A stretch of 55,534 nucleotides of DNA, counting the filler, from Perkinsus olseni (lineage: Eukaryota), in assembly GCA_013115125.1 (NCBI GenBank). It is 4 parts of 4 records of this genome, joined end to end, with 100 filler letters (N's around TTAATTAATTAA, not from the genome) between each part and the next. Parts side by side here need not be neighbours in the genome. Positions count along the whole stretch, not along the records: positions 1 to 13,839 come from JABANN010000741.1; positions 13,940 to 27,762 come from JABANN010000742.1; 2 more parts are not named here. The stretch is one strand, 5' to 3'. Position numbers and translations under genes: made by a program. The notes beneath the pieces are model-generated. The model was not told the DNA's origin. It did no database searches and saw only the letters and a program-made list of their open reading frames with translations. Shown in pieces: positions 10,122 through 23,800 of this stretch. How positions within the stretch are numbered: the stretch's first letter is position 1; each line of letters begins with the position of its first letter.

Positions 10122-11570
10122 ATGGTTTGCGAGGCAATCAATGACCTTCTGAACGCGCCGCTGTATGCTTCCGCTGAGGAGTTCATACAACACAGTCTCA
10201 CCGAAGCCAGGCCTGCTAAAATACCGCTGAACGGCCATAAGTACCCGAAGGTATCTTACCTCGACCCTCGCTGTTGGCGGAACAGCGATCACTTCCTGCA
10301 AGACCTCCCGGAGACCCTCGAAAGGCTGGCGGCAAGCCCGCTGTGCGCAGAACTGAGGACTGGTCTCGAAGAAGCCTTTGCCATTACGAAGTCAAGAACG
10401 GTCGTCCTGTCCCTTTCCGGTGGAGTGGACTCCTCGTCGACTCTCATTCTGCTGAGCGCACTACGGTATAATACATCTGTCGACTGGGAGCTTCGAGCCT
10501 TGTACATGGGGTACTCGGGCAACCGAGAGAACCTGGAGGAGGCCCGCTCAGAGCTCAACCTCGTCGCCTGGCTTTGTCAGCAGTGCCAAGTCCAGCTCTT
10601 CGCCTTCAACGTTGACTTGCCACGACCACACGGTCCGGAGGGGACGTCTTCGAGCGGTGTTACGAGAGATGAGTACGAGACCCAAACGAAGGCTATCAGA
10701 TTCCGCATGTACGGTCTAGTTGGCGGTGATGACTGCGTGGTGGTCCTTGGGCATCACCAAGATGATGTTGATGAGAATCGTCTGGAGCAGCTAAGCCGTG
10801 GGCACGTCATGGGCGACATGGACGGGATGCATCGTGTCCGAGAGTCCCCGCCCGGCCTCAGTAGGTGTATCGTCTGCCGCCCTCTCATCCACAACAGGAA
10901 GGCCAATTTCATTGCCACTGCCACCGAAGCCAGCATCCCCTACGTCAGAGACAGCACGCCCGCTTGGTCGGTCCGAGGCATCACTCGAAGGGCCCTGGAT
11001 GCCGTCCTGCGTGACCACAACGCCGCTGCGATGCACCAGCTGCTCGCTGACGTCGCCGCTATGTCCGCCCGGGCGGCGGAGTTGGTCGTGTCCATCGCGG
11101 AAAGTGGGGTCATGGAGCCTCGGGAATTACGGTCGAAATCAAAGGGCACTTGTCTGACCTTTTGGCGCCTTGATTTAAGGCGTATCTTTTCTCACGGGGA
11201 GCTCGCGGATGTCCTACCCAAACTGATATCTTCTATTAACGACGTCGCCCAGCTTTGGAATCAGGCCCTGCCTCGCGGCCAGGACGCCGTTCGCCGGATA
11301 CCTCCGGTCAAGGACTGGCACTCGGTGGTCTTTGAAAGAGTTGTCTCTACTTGCATTGAGAAGATGAAGTCCGGCGAGAAGGTCTCTCGGAAGGCCCTCA
11401 ATCATCTCTTTCATGAGGCTGGCAGCCCCGGCATTCGGTGTGGTGGTTTTACTGAGACTCTCGGGTTCGTATCCGATGGCAGCCGGGAAGTGATGCTGCT
11501 GTACGTTATCGACAAGAAAAATAACACTGTCAAAGATCGTCGGCAAGAGGTCGTTAAATTACTCGAGTAA
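10122..11570 (+). CDS. TilS/MesJ-like PP-loop ATPase (tRNA(Ile)-lysidine synthase family), intronless
   Basis: PP-loop LSGGVDS, R..MY, GHHQDDVDEN, CRPL and IPYVRDSTPAWSVRG motifs in the 484-aa ORF. Confidence 0.8.
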   Translation: MVCEAINDLLNAPLYASAEEFIQHSLTEARPAKIPLNGHKYPKVSYLDPRCWRNSDHFLQDLPETLERLAASPLCAELRTGLEEAFAITKSRTVVLSLSGGVDSSSTLILLSALRYNTSVDWELRALYMGYSGNRENLEEARSELNLVAWLCQQCQVQLFAFNVDLPRPHGPEGTSSSGVTRDEYETQTKAIRFRMYGLVGGDDCVVVLGHHQDDVDENRLEQLSRGHVMGDMDGMHRVRESPPGLSRCIVCRPLIHNRKANFIATATEASIPYVRDSTPAWSVRGITRRALDAVLRDHNAAAMHQLLADVAAMSARAAELVVSIAESGVMEPRELRSKSKGTCLTFWRLDLRRIFSHGELADVLPKLISSINDVAQLWNQALPRGQDAVRRIPPVKDWHSVVFERVVSTCIEKMKSGEKVSRKALNHLFHEAGSPGIRCGGFTETLGFVSDGSREVMLLYVIDKKNNTVKDRRQEVVKLLE

Positions 11571-12309
11571 GTGTCTGTACAAAACGATTGCCTTCTTCCT
11601 TTTGGTTTCTGCATCCCATCTTGCATTGAGTTGCCAGTTGACAAACGGTGCCGCTGTTAGCATTTATCAGAAGACTTCCTCTCTTAACATTCGCTGCCTG
11701 GCTGTCATTCGGCAATGATTAGCGTTTGGAGTGGTATGCGTGTTCAGATGCTCCTCGTCGATCCCCTCAATAACATTCGGGTTTTCACGGGTTCTACTGT
11801 GAACGCAACTCGCCGTCTCCTTCCCTTATCAACGCTCTAGGGCGGTAAGGATTAATCTGATGGTGTGTACTTTCAATAATCTGCCAAACTAACACGCTAC
11901 ATAACAGCGGAAAATTTACTGAGTCTTCTTGGCGTCGCCACCGAGCTGCTTCTTCCTCTGATGCAGCATATGAGTATACTGCACGTAAAGACCGGGCAGG
12001 TAGATGACCAGAAGGAACTGAACCGAGCGTGACAAGGAGGCAGTGGCGACCGGCTGGGCCCACCTTGAGGAATGCAGCGAAGCAGAAGGAAAAGTTGAAG
12101 GCGTTGGGCATCGCCACCGACAGGATTAACTCTTCAGATAAGTCTTGTTTAATGAACCGGAGATGTCCGGTGGAGAGTGATAACAGTCGTGGGAAAGAGC
12201 ACATGATGTGGCCGCATGAGTAAACTGCACACATCTTAGGAGCTAAACGCAGAATTGAGGCCATGTATCCTAAAAAGCAAATCTTGCAAACCTTTACGGC
12301 AAAGAAGGC

Positions 12310-13077
12310 TCAAACTGGAACTCTAGAAAGAGGTTCGTGAATCTGAATGCCATACATCGTATTCCTATCGACGAACCTAATGTTCTTCAGTTGGTTCATG
12401 TAATCATTATCCTCCGACCAGGTAGAAGGACAGACTTCCTTCAATTTCTTGAGGAGGTGCTGCACGGACCTACCAGTCCGAGCGCGTGTCAGCTCGTAAC
12501 GTCCGTTGCCATCCTTCCTCAGTGTGAGTCGGTACAACATGTAACCAGTGTCCCCTCTATTCAAGTCACACCGAAATCTCACATAAACATATCCATCCGA
12601 GTAAATGTCGAACTGCTGCTTGATAAGTGATGTCGGACTGTTGGTCATAAACCTCCCCGATGTGAGCGGCGCCCATTGACGCGTCAGGGTAACCGTCTTG
12701 CCGCCCAGCTGGGTTGTCATACCGCCACTTGGGCTACGAGCAAACTCTCGGAGATCAGAGGACGCCACCTTAACCACACCACTGCAATAACGTTGAAAAC
12801 CAGCGATCATATCCGAGTAGGTGAGGGTCACTGGGCTGTGATCCGGGAATCTATGAAAAACATGGCCGCCACCGGGGTGTAATGTGAACCAGTCCGTGCT
12901 GTATACAGCGTGATTGCATGCCGCAGCAAGTTCACCCATACCCGGGGCGGTTTCCAAAGATATTTCCACGTTTTTGGCTTTGTAAACGTAGGAAGCATTA
13001 CCGTCATCCACAACCAGGCTAGCCACGGCGATACTGGTAGCAGCCAAGAGAATAATGACGGAGGAAGAAGTCATCAT
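12310..13077 (-). CDS. Secreted hypothetical protein, intronless
   Basis: 255-aa ORF with signal peptide MMTSSSVIILLAATSIAVA and four Cys; no recognisable domain. Confidence 0.65.
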   Translation of the reverse strand: MMTSSSVIILLAATSIAVASLVVDDGNASYVYKAKNVEISLETAPGMGELAAACNHAVYSTDWFTLHPGGGHVFHRFPDHSPVTLTYSDMIAGFQRYCSGVVKVASSDLREFARSPSGGMTTQLGGKTVTLTRQWAPLTSGRFMTNSPTSLIKQQFDIYSDGYVYVRFRCDLNRGDTGYMLYRLTLRKDGNGRYELTRARTGRSVQHLLKKLKEVCPSTWSEDNDYMNQLKNIRFVDRNTMYGIQIHEPLSRVPV

Positions 13078-13839
13078 GGAGAGTCACCCGGAAGTCCTGA
13101 AGGGGTTATGAACGACACGATAATGCGATGTTTATCACGGTGACCCTATGCTGCTCGGATGGGAGGAAGTAAATCATCATAGGATGTCTACAACTTGCTA
13201 TCTCCATCAAACCTCATTGCGATGAAAGCGAAAAGATGAGAGCTCCCCGAGATGTCACCAATTTCCGAGTCATCCGGTCACCCGCCCACCGATGAACGCA
13301 AGGACCGTCCGTACAGCGTCACGAATTGGTGGACGCCCGGACAAACACCGCGGTCGTCACCTACGGGCTGTATAGTGGCAACACACTGTGTTAAACACAG
13401 TGACGACTACAGTAACAGCTACAGCCAGGTTGAGTACTATTCAGCTGTTAGACTATCATCGCATATGTATACACCACTTCCAGACCAAATTAGTAAAACC
13501 CCAGAGCAATTTGATTTTATGAAAGACCAATTTAGTAGAGCCCAACAAAATCACTAACAAGTGTGAGAGTTTGACCGGGCTCCGCCTCATGAACGCGACT
13601 CGCAGGAGATGCCATTAAGTCTCAAGGTCAATAACTAACTACTAAGGCATAAATCTGATAGCGATGGAGCCTACTACGACTCAGACTTTGGTTGTACGAA
13701 TGGAAACTGGCCACGGCTCGGCCCGAGCAAAGCACGCGTGCCCCCATGGCACGCAAGCGCACTAATCGCCTGAGCGGTCAAAGATAGACAGAAAGACAGG
13801 TGACGCACACACCCTGTGCGTGAGACCCACTATCGGCCA

Positions 13840-13939
13840 NNNNNNNNNNNNNNNNNNNNNNNNNNNNNNNNNNNNNNNNNNNNTTAATTAATTAANNNNN
13901 NNNNNNNNNNNNNNNNNNNNNNNNNNNNNNNNNNNNNNN
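13840..13939. other. Artificial contig linker N44-TTAATTAATTAA-N44
   Basis: Six-frame stop linker flanked by exactly 44 N on each side. Confidence 0.97.
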
Positions 13940-13940
13940 G

Positions 13941-14006
<66 letters not shown>
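13940..14006. repeat. (GTT)n microsatellite at contig start
   Basis: About 22 perfect units. Confidence 0.95.
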
Positions 14007-14007
<1 letters not shown>

Positions 14008-14170
14008 CATGATGATTAGCTTAGGTATGATCTTGATGATGAGTTATCATCGATCTATGATAGGATAACCAAACTAGCCATCCAGTGTATACATCATAAC
14101 AACAACAAGACAGACCATAATCGACAACAACAACATGGTGGACATGAGGATGATGATAATGAGAATATCA

Positions 14171-14210
<40 letters not shown>

Positions 14211-14563
14211 ACAACAACATATGTCACCAACTATTTCTCATTTCATACAGCAAGCCTATCCTATGGTCGCTACTTTACTACCGCCGGCTATTCAACATGG
14301 AGAGGTAACAGCAGGTGTACCGCGATACGGTCGTCCTCGGCATTATTATAGTGGTAAGGCATGGCGGCGGCACTCTATGTACTACTACAGTCTCCAATCA
14401 TCATTAGGTAATAACAGTGATCATCATCATCATTATGGTGATGATGGTAAGATATTGGATGATGATGGGCTGTTATCGAAATGTAAAGAGATGCTGTATC
14501 ATATGTATAAACACATAGTTCATTGTAAGAGCTGATGAGACTGATGATGATGATACCTTCGAC

Positions 14564-14595
<32 letters not shown>

Positions 14596-14833
14596 ACCTT
14601 CGACATGATGATGATGATGATGATCATGGACACATTATTTCTATTCTTGATGGATTAGCGTTATAGTGATTAACACTCGTACCATATTATTATTAATAAC
14701 CTGGGAGTATTACCTTCAGTAATGATCATAAGCCACAATAACAACAAGAAGGGCTTTACGACTAGAGCCAACAACAGCAGCAGTAATGGTGGTAATACTA
14801 CCAACAGTAGCAATGATAACAACAACAACAACA

Positions 14834-16547
14834 ATGGGCGGTTTTATGCTCTTGTCAGCCGCCCCTCCTGCTTCTGCTGTACACGAGTATCATCACCATC
14901 CACCCAACAATACTTCATTCTTTCCAACACTTGATAAGGATGCTGGGGCATTCGAATTTGAACAAAGGTAGTAGCAGCAATGGTAGTGTCATGATGGTGT
15001 ATCATGTCGTATTACCAATCCCCTATCATCAAGATATCAAAGAACAGAGAAGAAACCCCTGGGTGAGGGTACATATGGTGAAGTGTATAAAGCAAGGTGC
15101 CAAGCTACAGGATTAGTTGTAGCAATGAAGAGGATGAAGTAATGCGCCCGATGACAACTGTTGTTGATGATGATACAGTATCTTCGGTGGTCATTACCAC
15201 TATCATGCCGGGTGATCATCATTAGATTGGATCAAGAAGATGAGGGTGTACCATCAACAGCCATCAGAGAAGTATCCTTACTCAAGGAACTCAAACATCC
15301 TAATATAGTTAAATTATTGGATGTATTTTGCAGTCAGAAGAAATTGTAATAATAATGGCAATTATTATTACCATCATACCTTAGTACATATAACGCCAAC
15401 ATCAACAACAGTTGTATTTAGATACCTGATATTCGAGTTTGTAGATTTGGATTTGAAAAAGCATATGAAACAGGTGGGAGGCCTCACCAAGGATAAGGTA
15501 ATACACCAACAATAGCTTCTACCACGACAAAGCTGCTGCTGCTGCTCCTGCTGTTGATGATGATGTAGGTTCAATCATTCGCCTATCAACTCTTGCTTGG
15601 TACCAACTATTGTCATGAGTATCGTGTTATTCATAGGTGACCATCATCATCATCACTGAGTGTATGAATACTTCTTCCTTGTCAGAGATCTCAAACCCCA
15701 AAATCTATTAATAGACGCCGACGGTACACTCAAATTGGCAGACTTTGGTTTGGCCAGAGCGTTCAGTTTACCAATACCGAAGTATACACACGAAGTAAGA
15801 AGTGTGTTGTGGTAGTGGTAAGGTGTATCATCCTCTAGGTGGTAACTGTATGGTATCGTGCTCCCGAGATATTATTAGGCAGTAGCAAGTAATGAGTAAT
15901 CATATTTACTCATTCTCAATTCTTATGTGTTCTATAGATATTCTATACCTATTGATAATTGGTCTGTTGGTTGTATCATAGCAGAGATGGCGACTAATAC
16001 ACCATTATTCCCGGGAGACTCTGAGATCGACACTATATTCAGGTAGTCGAGACATTGCCAAGTCATCATGTGTATCATCAGCATTTCAGAATATTCCGTA
16101 AACTTGGCACACCTAATGAATCCGTGTGGGCTGGTGTAAGATCATTACCCGACTTTAAGGATACCTTCCCGCAATGGCGTCCGAGAGGCTGGGAGAATAT
16201 ACCTGGTTTGATGGATAAGCTTGGACCAGCTGGTTGTGATCTACTCTCCGTAATATGATGATTATCTTCAATACTCGATGTTTATCGGTGCCTTGGCGGT
16301 GCTCATGTTAGATGTTCCTCGCCTATAACCCAGCTGATAGACTATCATGCAAGAGGGGTTTAGAGCATGTAATCAGCATCCTCATCATGATGATGATTCG
16401 ACTAATTCTCATTCTTATCAGCCATACTTCGCAGCACTCGATAAAACTCAATTCCACGACTCTATCATCACAGCTGCTGGAGATAAAAGTTATGATATGA
16501 GCAACAGTGATGGTAATGGTAGTATCAAAACTGTTACCTCATCATAA
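14834..16547 (+). CDS. CDK1: Cyclin-dependent kinase CDK1/cdc2 (PSTAIRE), about 11 exons
   Basis: [48 protein letters not shown] and LFPGDSEID are recovered across short GT-AG introns; stop at 16547. Confidence 0.92.
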
Positions 16548-17772
16548 TCATCTGCGATATTAATACCACTACAACCATCAGCATGCTTCATCATATAACT
16601 AATTGTTGAATTACAAGTCTTGGTAATCTTCGGGCGGGAATAGACCCGATACTATCGCGCTTTCTATTCAACAGCCAAGGAAAACGATACAGATACGACG
16701 CCCAGTTCAGTGACAAGATGATGGCAGTAAAGTTCCTTTCCCACGCCCGGCAAGCTGCTGAACACCAATTGAGGTATCATGTGCTTGGTTGATGAGTATG
16801 ACCGTATGATGACGGGTCATGACCTACAACAGTTCCAACCCATGCACGCAATCCTCCCGTATACTTCATATATAATAACTCAAGATGGTAATTGAACGAT
16901 GGATAGATACAGATGAGAGTAACTGGGCGATAATCGATGTGTTACACAAAGGGACAGACAACGGCAGCATAACCAACACCGATGATGATTGAGAAAGGAA
17001 GAAGACCATACACTCGAATGTAGTATGGCTGTTGAATGATTATCTGCTTGCGGATACTAGTCAACAACATTAGTGTAGTCGAGCATAATAATCTCATGAC
17101 TAATGACTGTAATATCATTAATAATAATGATCATAGTTCTTGATCATCAACGGCAAAGACGGAAATCTACGACTAATACAGCTGTTAGAGTAGTATCATC
17201 ATAGTACTATCCGCTCATCATCGACACTAGAACCAATACTTTCAACAATCATTCATGATGTGGCTGCTACTGCTGTCGTTGCAAAACTACTCAGGCTACG
17301 CTATTATTATTATCATTATTATCAGAACTATCAGAATAGGACTCATTTGCATCAGCAGTACAGTAAAAGAAGAGCCAGAAGCGTAGAAAAAGCGATAAAG
17401 AGGAGCGAAGAATACATTAAAAGCCGCCGTACTAAAGTAGTAGAAGTAGTAGTAAAAGTAGTGGTAGTAGTAGTACTACCATTATGAACAGTAGAGACAT
17501 CATCTCCATCAGTGGCAGCAGCAGTGGCAACAAGTGCGAAAATAGAGCTATTAAAATGGATAAGCGACAAGAAAGATACTCCTCTGATGATGATGAAATG
17601 AATGATATCATCTTACCCTTGGATAAGGATGAAGGATTCATCACAACCACAGAGACGGTGCATGGTTAGGATGATAACACCACCACCACTTGATGATCGA
17701 CTCTCAACACTCGAAGTAGTCCAAGATGACCATAGTCACCATAGTCATCCCAATCATCAAAGTCTACAATTA

Positions 17773-19623
17773 TCAAGGGTGGCTGCTGCTAAGATCTTCT
17801 CCTCTTGATTGTATCTTGCCGCCAAGCGAATCGTCTGAAGATGAAGCATTATTGAAGCCTTGGACTGATGATGGAAGTATATCATCGTTACCTCTACTAC
17901 TGCTGCTAGCTCCACTGCTTAGTTGACTTGTATAACCATCAACAGATTCATCGTCAGTGGCGAGAGCTTCCTTCTCATCCTCTTCTACTTCCTCTTCCTT
18001 GGCATCTTCGACCTCGTCGCTACTCATCTTACACACATCGTCACTTTTGGACTTGACCTCAGATGAAGAAGCAGCAGCTAGTTCAGCATCCTCTTCTTGT
18101 TGACGCTTCTTAGCTTCACGATCAACACGATTGAAGTACGGCATAAGTGCTAAACACATGAATGCCCCAATCACACATATACCAGCCAAAAGTAAGTAAT
18201 AGTAATCGTAATGGGAACCATAGTACATGACAGAATCTGGATAATCTGATGGAGTAAAATCAGGCATCCAGGGAGAACATACTTGAAAGATGGCGCCAGC
18301 AATGAAATTTGCGATGGCGAAGAACAGCAAGTTAATCGCCGATGACACTGCTTTTAAATGGCTTGGTGAATATGTGAATGCAACTTCGTATGATGTTGAT
18401 GTTAAGAATATCTCACCAGCTGCAATTACCCAGAATTGTGGTACTTGCCACCATACGGATACTGTATATAGAGGTCGATACATAATAGCATATTCAACAG
18501 CAAGAGATAGTAACAATGAAGCAGAGCCCATAAGAGAACCAACACACATACGTGTAAGAACAGACCACATTTTACCTTTTGATCTAAGCCACGAATATAG
18601 AAGACCATCAATCAAAAGGGAATTAACAATAATGGCAACACTATCAATATTCTGCATTAATGCTGCAGGCATCTGCCACCCAAATGTATCAAGATTCATC
18701 TTCTCAGCCTGAGTCAACCATGCAGTAGTCATCTGATCATAGGCGATGGTAAAAGGTATGATGATGGTAAAAAGAGGTATCAAACGGAATATCTCTTTAG
18801 CATCCTCAATAAAACGATCATCAAATGGTCCACCTCTAGACTTCTTGCATTTCTCTAAGGATAGCTTGTAACAAGCATAACCGATAACTTTACATACCTC
18901 TAATACAGCAGATCCTTGGGGCTTAGGCTTAACGAATCTACCCATAACACCGCCATATAAGAATACAGCTGTCGCTATAATATAAGCAAAGAATGGTACG
19001 AGATATGCAACGAAGAAAGATACATCTTCGACCAATATAGGTGTTACGATACCACCGACAAGAGCACCAATATTAATACTGGAATAGAAATATGTAAAGA
19101 ATCTAGTAATGAGTGCTTTATGCAACTCTGGATGGAATTGTTGAGCACCCATTACATTGACACAACTTTTGATACCACCACTACCTAATGTGATAAGTAC
19201 CATTAAAGAGAGATGAACCATCCATGGTTTACATAACCTGGGAACTGATGCCACACAGAATAATGCTAGACCGATGGTATATACAACAGAGAATATGAGA
19301 ATAGTATTATACACACCTAACCACGTATCAGATAATACAGCGGCTATTAACGGTGTTACATATATAATTGCCTGGAAATCGGCAATATATGTATTGGCAG
19401 CAGAATCAGTATAACCCAAATTAACCTTAAGGAAGGTTTGTAAATTAGGGGTTAAACCGTAGAAAGCCAGTCTCTCACACATCTCTTGTAGTAATACGAA
19501 TATAGTCGCCTTCATCATAGGATGCTCATAATAATGGTACGTATTGCCATTAGGATCAGTCCATGTTAGGGGCTTATCCTCATCGGTAACCTTCAAATTA
19601 AAGAATGATTTCCAAGACTTCAT
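17773..19623 (-). CDS. POT/PTR2 proton-dependent oligopeptide transporter, intronless
   Basis: EMCERLAFYG (ExxER motif), GSGGIKSCV, FFTYFYSSINIG, PQFWVIAAGE; many TM helices and an acidic tail. Confidence 0.92.
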   Translation of the reverse strand: MKSWKSFFNLKVTDEDKPLTWTDPNGNTYHYYEHPMMKATIFVLLQEMCERLAFYGLTPNLQTFLKVNLGYTDSAANTYIADFQAIIYVTPLIAAVLSDTWLGVYNTILIFSVVYTIGLALFCVASVPRLCKPWMVHLSLMVLITLGSGGIKSCVNVMGAQQFHPELHKALITRFFTYFYSSINIGALVGGIVTPILVEDVSFFVAYLVPFFAYIIATAVFLYGGVMGRFVKPKPQGSAVLEVCKVIGYACYKLSLEKCKKSRGGPFDDRFIEDAKEIFRLIPLFTIIIPFTIAYDQMTTAWLTQAEKMNLDTFGWQMPAALMQNIDSVAIIVNSLLIDGLLYSWLRSKGKMWSVLTRMCVGSLMGSASLLLSLAVEYAIMYRPLYTVSVWWQVPQFWVIAAGEIFLTSTSYEVAFTYSPSHLKAVSSAINLLFFAIANFIAGAIFQVCSPWMPDFTPSDYPDSVMYYGSHYDYYYLLLAGICVIGAFMCLALMPYFNRVDREAKKRQQEEDAELAAASSSEVKSKSDDVCKMSSDEVEDAKEEEVEEDEKEALATDDESVDGYTSQLSSGASSSSRGNDDILPSSVQGFNNASSSDDSLGGKIQSRGEDLSSSHP

Positions 19624-20604
19624 TGTCGTGGTTTTTTAATAATAAGAGGGCCAGTAATGTAGTAAAACTGCAATAAGTACTCCCTTCTTCTTGTTGTTCT
19701 TGTAGTGGAAGATTACTTCTTGACTATGCTCCTGCTGCTGTTGTTGTTGTTGATGCTGTTGTCCCGATGGTGATAACCAGGAACAAAAGATAACAATATG
19801 AAAAAACAATAAAACAACAACTGAAATCATACAGTATAGTTGTAGATAGTGGCGATGAACGAAGGATACTCTCCCTAAAAGGAATATCATCAAATAGCAT
19901 AATCTTATGTGACCCTAGACTGCTAGAGGGCTTGTCGGGTATCGGGAGACAGAGATTGTGTGATTGGCTTAGCGTGATCAGAGCATCCACGACGGTAGCC
20001 CCGATTATCCGAATGCCTTTTATACTGCCAAAGATGATGCCAATGATTAGAAGAGAAATGATACGATAGTAAATCGTGATCATCATCATCATAATCATCA
20101 TTGATCGAATCGCTGATGATGTATTGGTAGTCAGTGAGAACACTGAAAAAGGGAAATGGCGACCATGACATAAATCTATGGAGATAGTAGTATTATCGTC
20201 AGGGATGTGGAATAATGAACTTCGTACGTACATGATGTACGGTGATGTGTAGTAGATGTGGTATGGTTACCATACTATGGTACATGTACTCTACGCGACA
20301 GGATCATTCAAATATGCTCACCATGACTGTACTGAGCGAATAAGTCACCGAAATCGCCAGGGGAGACAGGATAGTAACGATTGTGTTGATAACGAAGCTT
20401 GAAGGGAATAGAAACGAGAAAGGAAAGGATGAACCCTCACCACTGCCGAGATTCGAAACCACACCTCCTACATATTATATATCATCCAACTGGTGATGAA
20501 GAAGAAGAAGAACACAACAACACTGTTGGTGGTAATCTTGAGTTGCGACAACAGCAGTGTGCTGCACGTCAGGATCATGGACAACAAGAACACCACCATG
20601 ACCA

Positions 20605-20643
<39 letters not shown>

Positions 20644-20822
20644 ATATGAACTGGTGAATGGTGGCGCGTAAGACGAGCGGAAATAGCACCATCATAGAGA
20701 TGATTGAATCAGGCGAATGATTCCCGGGTCCTCGGACTCCTTAATAAACTTTTATTAGTCACCATTTGCATCGTTACTTCGATGATGATGATGATGCTCT
20801 AACCTAAATGTTATCGTCATTG

Positions 20823-23800
20823 TCAACATAAGACTTGATGATCGATGTTTGGGAGTCGTGATGGTGTAATGGGTCGTAATGGGTGAACTGTTATCAACGA
20901 ACTGAGTATAGTGGAAGATTTATCCCTAGGCGCTGTTCTATTGGGAATAGTAAGAGGGAGTAGCTGTGATGATGATGATGCTCGAAGAGGACGAAGACCG
21001 TGTGCCTGCTGCTGCTGCGGCATCTTTTCACATCTTCGATTATGAGAGGTGCCTTTAAACATAATGAATGATGATTATAATGATGATGATAGCATTTGGG
21101 CGATGCTATCACCTCCATGCATTAGCCTGATCATCGTCTTCTTGTTAGTCTTCTTTCTGTTGTTGTAGTTGTTGGAAGCCACACCCCTCCTACGCACAAC
21201 AGGCTCGACTCGGAAGAGAGTTGTCGACTCATAACGACGACGATCATCATCATTCATATGATGACCATAATCACGATGGCGGGAGTAGGAGAAGTCCTGA
21301 TGATGAGCGAAAACATTAGTGTAGACAACAGGAAGGAGAGAGAGACATAACGACCGTGAATAGTGACCATATTCCCCTGTATCAGAACACCTCTTAGTGA
21401 CACAACACCTACCTCTCCTCCGTCTCGTGATTCCTGCGGTGGATGGTACTTCAATGTAGTCGTTGTTGGTGTTGCTAATGATGAGTAGCTGACTGTGGTC
21501 GAGGTAGTTGGTCCTATCTTGTTAGCGCCCCTATTCTGTACCACCGTAGTAGTAGTAACAACACCGTCATGGGCATTCGACTCCCTCTCCTTCTTAATTT
21601 CAACTGTACCATTCCGTAAGGCATGATGGCCATACTCAACATGATGGGAATGATAGGTGGTATTAACAGTAGTAGGGGAGGTAATTGATAAGTTAAGATG
21701 CTGTATCTCTTCTCCTTCCCCTCTTCCTCGTTTTGGAAGAGTCGGAGGTTGTTCAATACTACTCCTAAGTATTCTTGGTATAACCCCGCACATAACCTAA
21801 AATACTTTCATCATTATAATGCTGATGATGTGTCGAATAATAAGTCTTACTACCTCTCCATCGTTGAGGAATACTATATCGTATTTTCCGTTAATCAATC
21901 TCTTCTTAACAAGGACCTTCTCCCATCCAAGGTTAGTCTGCACTTTAACAACATCCCCCTCCTTCACATTACTCTCAGGGGACTCCGTTGCTGACTTCTC
22001 TACTGGAGACTCACCTCCCGGGCCGGCGTTAAATGATAATGACGATGTTCTGTATGACAATGACGACTACGACGGCATACTAGGACCAGTAGCATTACAA
22101 GTGATTCCCTGCTACTAGTCCGACAGTCGGCATCATCATGAGCAGCATAGCCGGTGGTACCACTGGTGTTGTGGTTCTTAGTTCTGCTATTGTTGTCGGC
22201 CCTACCTGTTGCGCTGGAACACCTGATGAGCTTCATCAAGGATAATTAAGCAAACGAGAGGTTCATTATAGCATTAGTACCTTCACGTGGTGAGCTGTTC
22301 TGATGCTGCCGAATTCCTTTTAAACTAGTCCCTTTGTTTTTGATCGATCCTGGAGTCCCATTCGGGACACTACCAGCTTGTAGATTCTCTTCTTCTTCTT
22401 CTTCTACTACTCCTTTCATCTTGCTCTGTTTTATATGATGTAGTGCGCGTAATAATACAGCTTCATCATGATATTGAGATGACAGTAATACTGTGTTTAT
22501 ACGAACTGGTCTACGACTACGACCACCTGATGGTAATGATGATAATGATGAACAGCTATTAGAATGAGAATACTTATCATAATACTACCAGTAAGGGTTT
22601 CCCAAATATCTATAGCTTCATCGTGGTACTCACGATACTCAATCTCTTTATCTTTAGTAGGATATAACAAAGTGAACCTAAAGGGCAATACCCTAGTATA
22701 AGCATTAGCTGTAGTACCAGTAGTAATATGTATAGCTATTACCCTATAGATGATGATGATGTTATGGCACACTCTCTAATACATCTATCAATGGCTGCTT
22801 GCCTTATCATATATAATCGCATTATTCTCATAGTTTCCTGATAAAATGCTCATTACCACCATAACGATAATCATGACGATGTGATAGTCGTAGTTGTGGT
22901 TGCAATCGTACTTCTACAAGAGAACAATTATGCTCAGATATTACCCTCTTATACTGTTTCCTGTTATTCTTGCTCATCACATACTTTGCATGTGGCCCTC
23001 CTTTAGCAATGCCATTCTGACCAGAATTAGACTCTTCACACTTCACAATCCCACCACGTCCCCATGGTGGACGCTCATCCGGTATTATTGTCGAGCTTGA
23101 TGATGATGATGATGATGATGATAATGAACACTTCCTCGCTCCTTTATCTCTCATCATTTTCTCCTTCCATACTTCATCAGCTATCTCCTTCAGCAACATA
23201 TCCTTAGTCAATCTACACTGAGTGGCACTAGTGCCAGGCCATGATGATGTCGATTGATGATGATGATGAGAGTTAGTATGCATCTCATTGCCTCGTGTCC
23301 TCAGACTACTCCGCTTTTTCCTTCGTAGGCTATTTTCTGTTGTTCTATTTGTTGTCGGATCATTAGTGATACCAACAATCTCGAATGCATCGCGTATAAC
23401 CTATGATCAAGCAGCACAACTACTCTATCATATTGCGAGTACATTTTGGTCTGACATTTCATCAGTTAGTATTAGTGCTTGTGCTATTATTACTTTATCT
23501 TTAACCCTGTAGTCGAGCTCACTTTCTGTTGCGAAGGATGGAGCATGATTCACTTCGACCAACCTGATGACAATGTCAATAGATTGGTTACCGATATGAC
23601 TAAACAACCCGCATGTCATGCACGTAGTAGTATGATAATTATTACCATGGTTTAAGTTTATAGTCCAATAGGATATCGAAGCCTAATATCTCAAAACACA
23701 TATTATTATGTATATCATCAGGCTGGCAACTATGGTAAACATGTGCTAAGGATGGTTGTACCGATATTAATGTCTTTATAATAAGATCCTGGACAGAATG

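Noticed and set aside
11794-12264. 156-aa minus-strand ORF
   Set aside because: No recognisable domain or other support; cannot be called from sequence alone.
13884-13895. TTAATTAATTAA as a piggyBac TTAA site or homeodomain site
   Set aside because: It is embedded symmetrically in N runs three times, so it is a synthetic linker.
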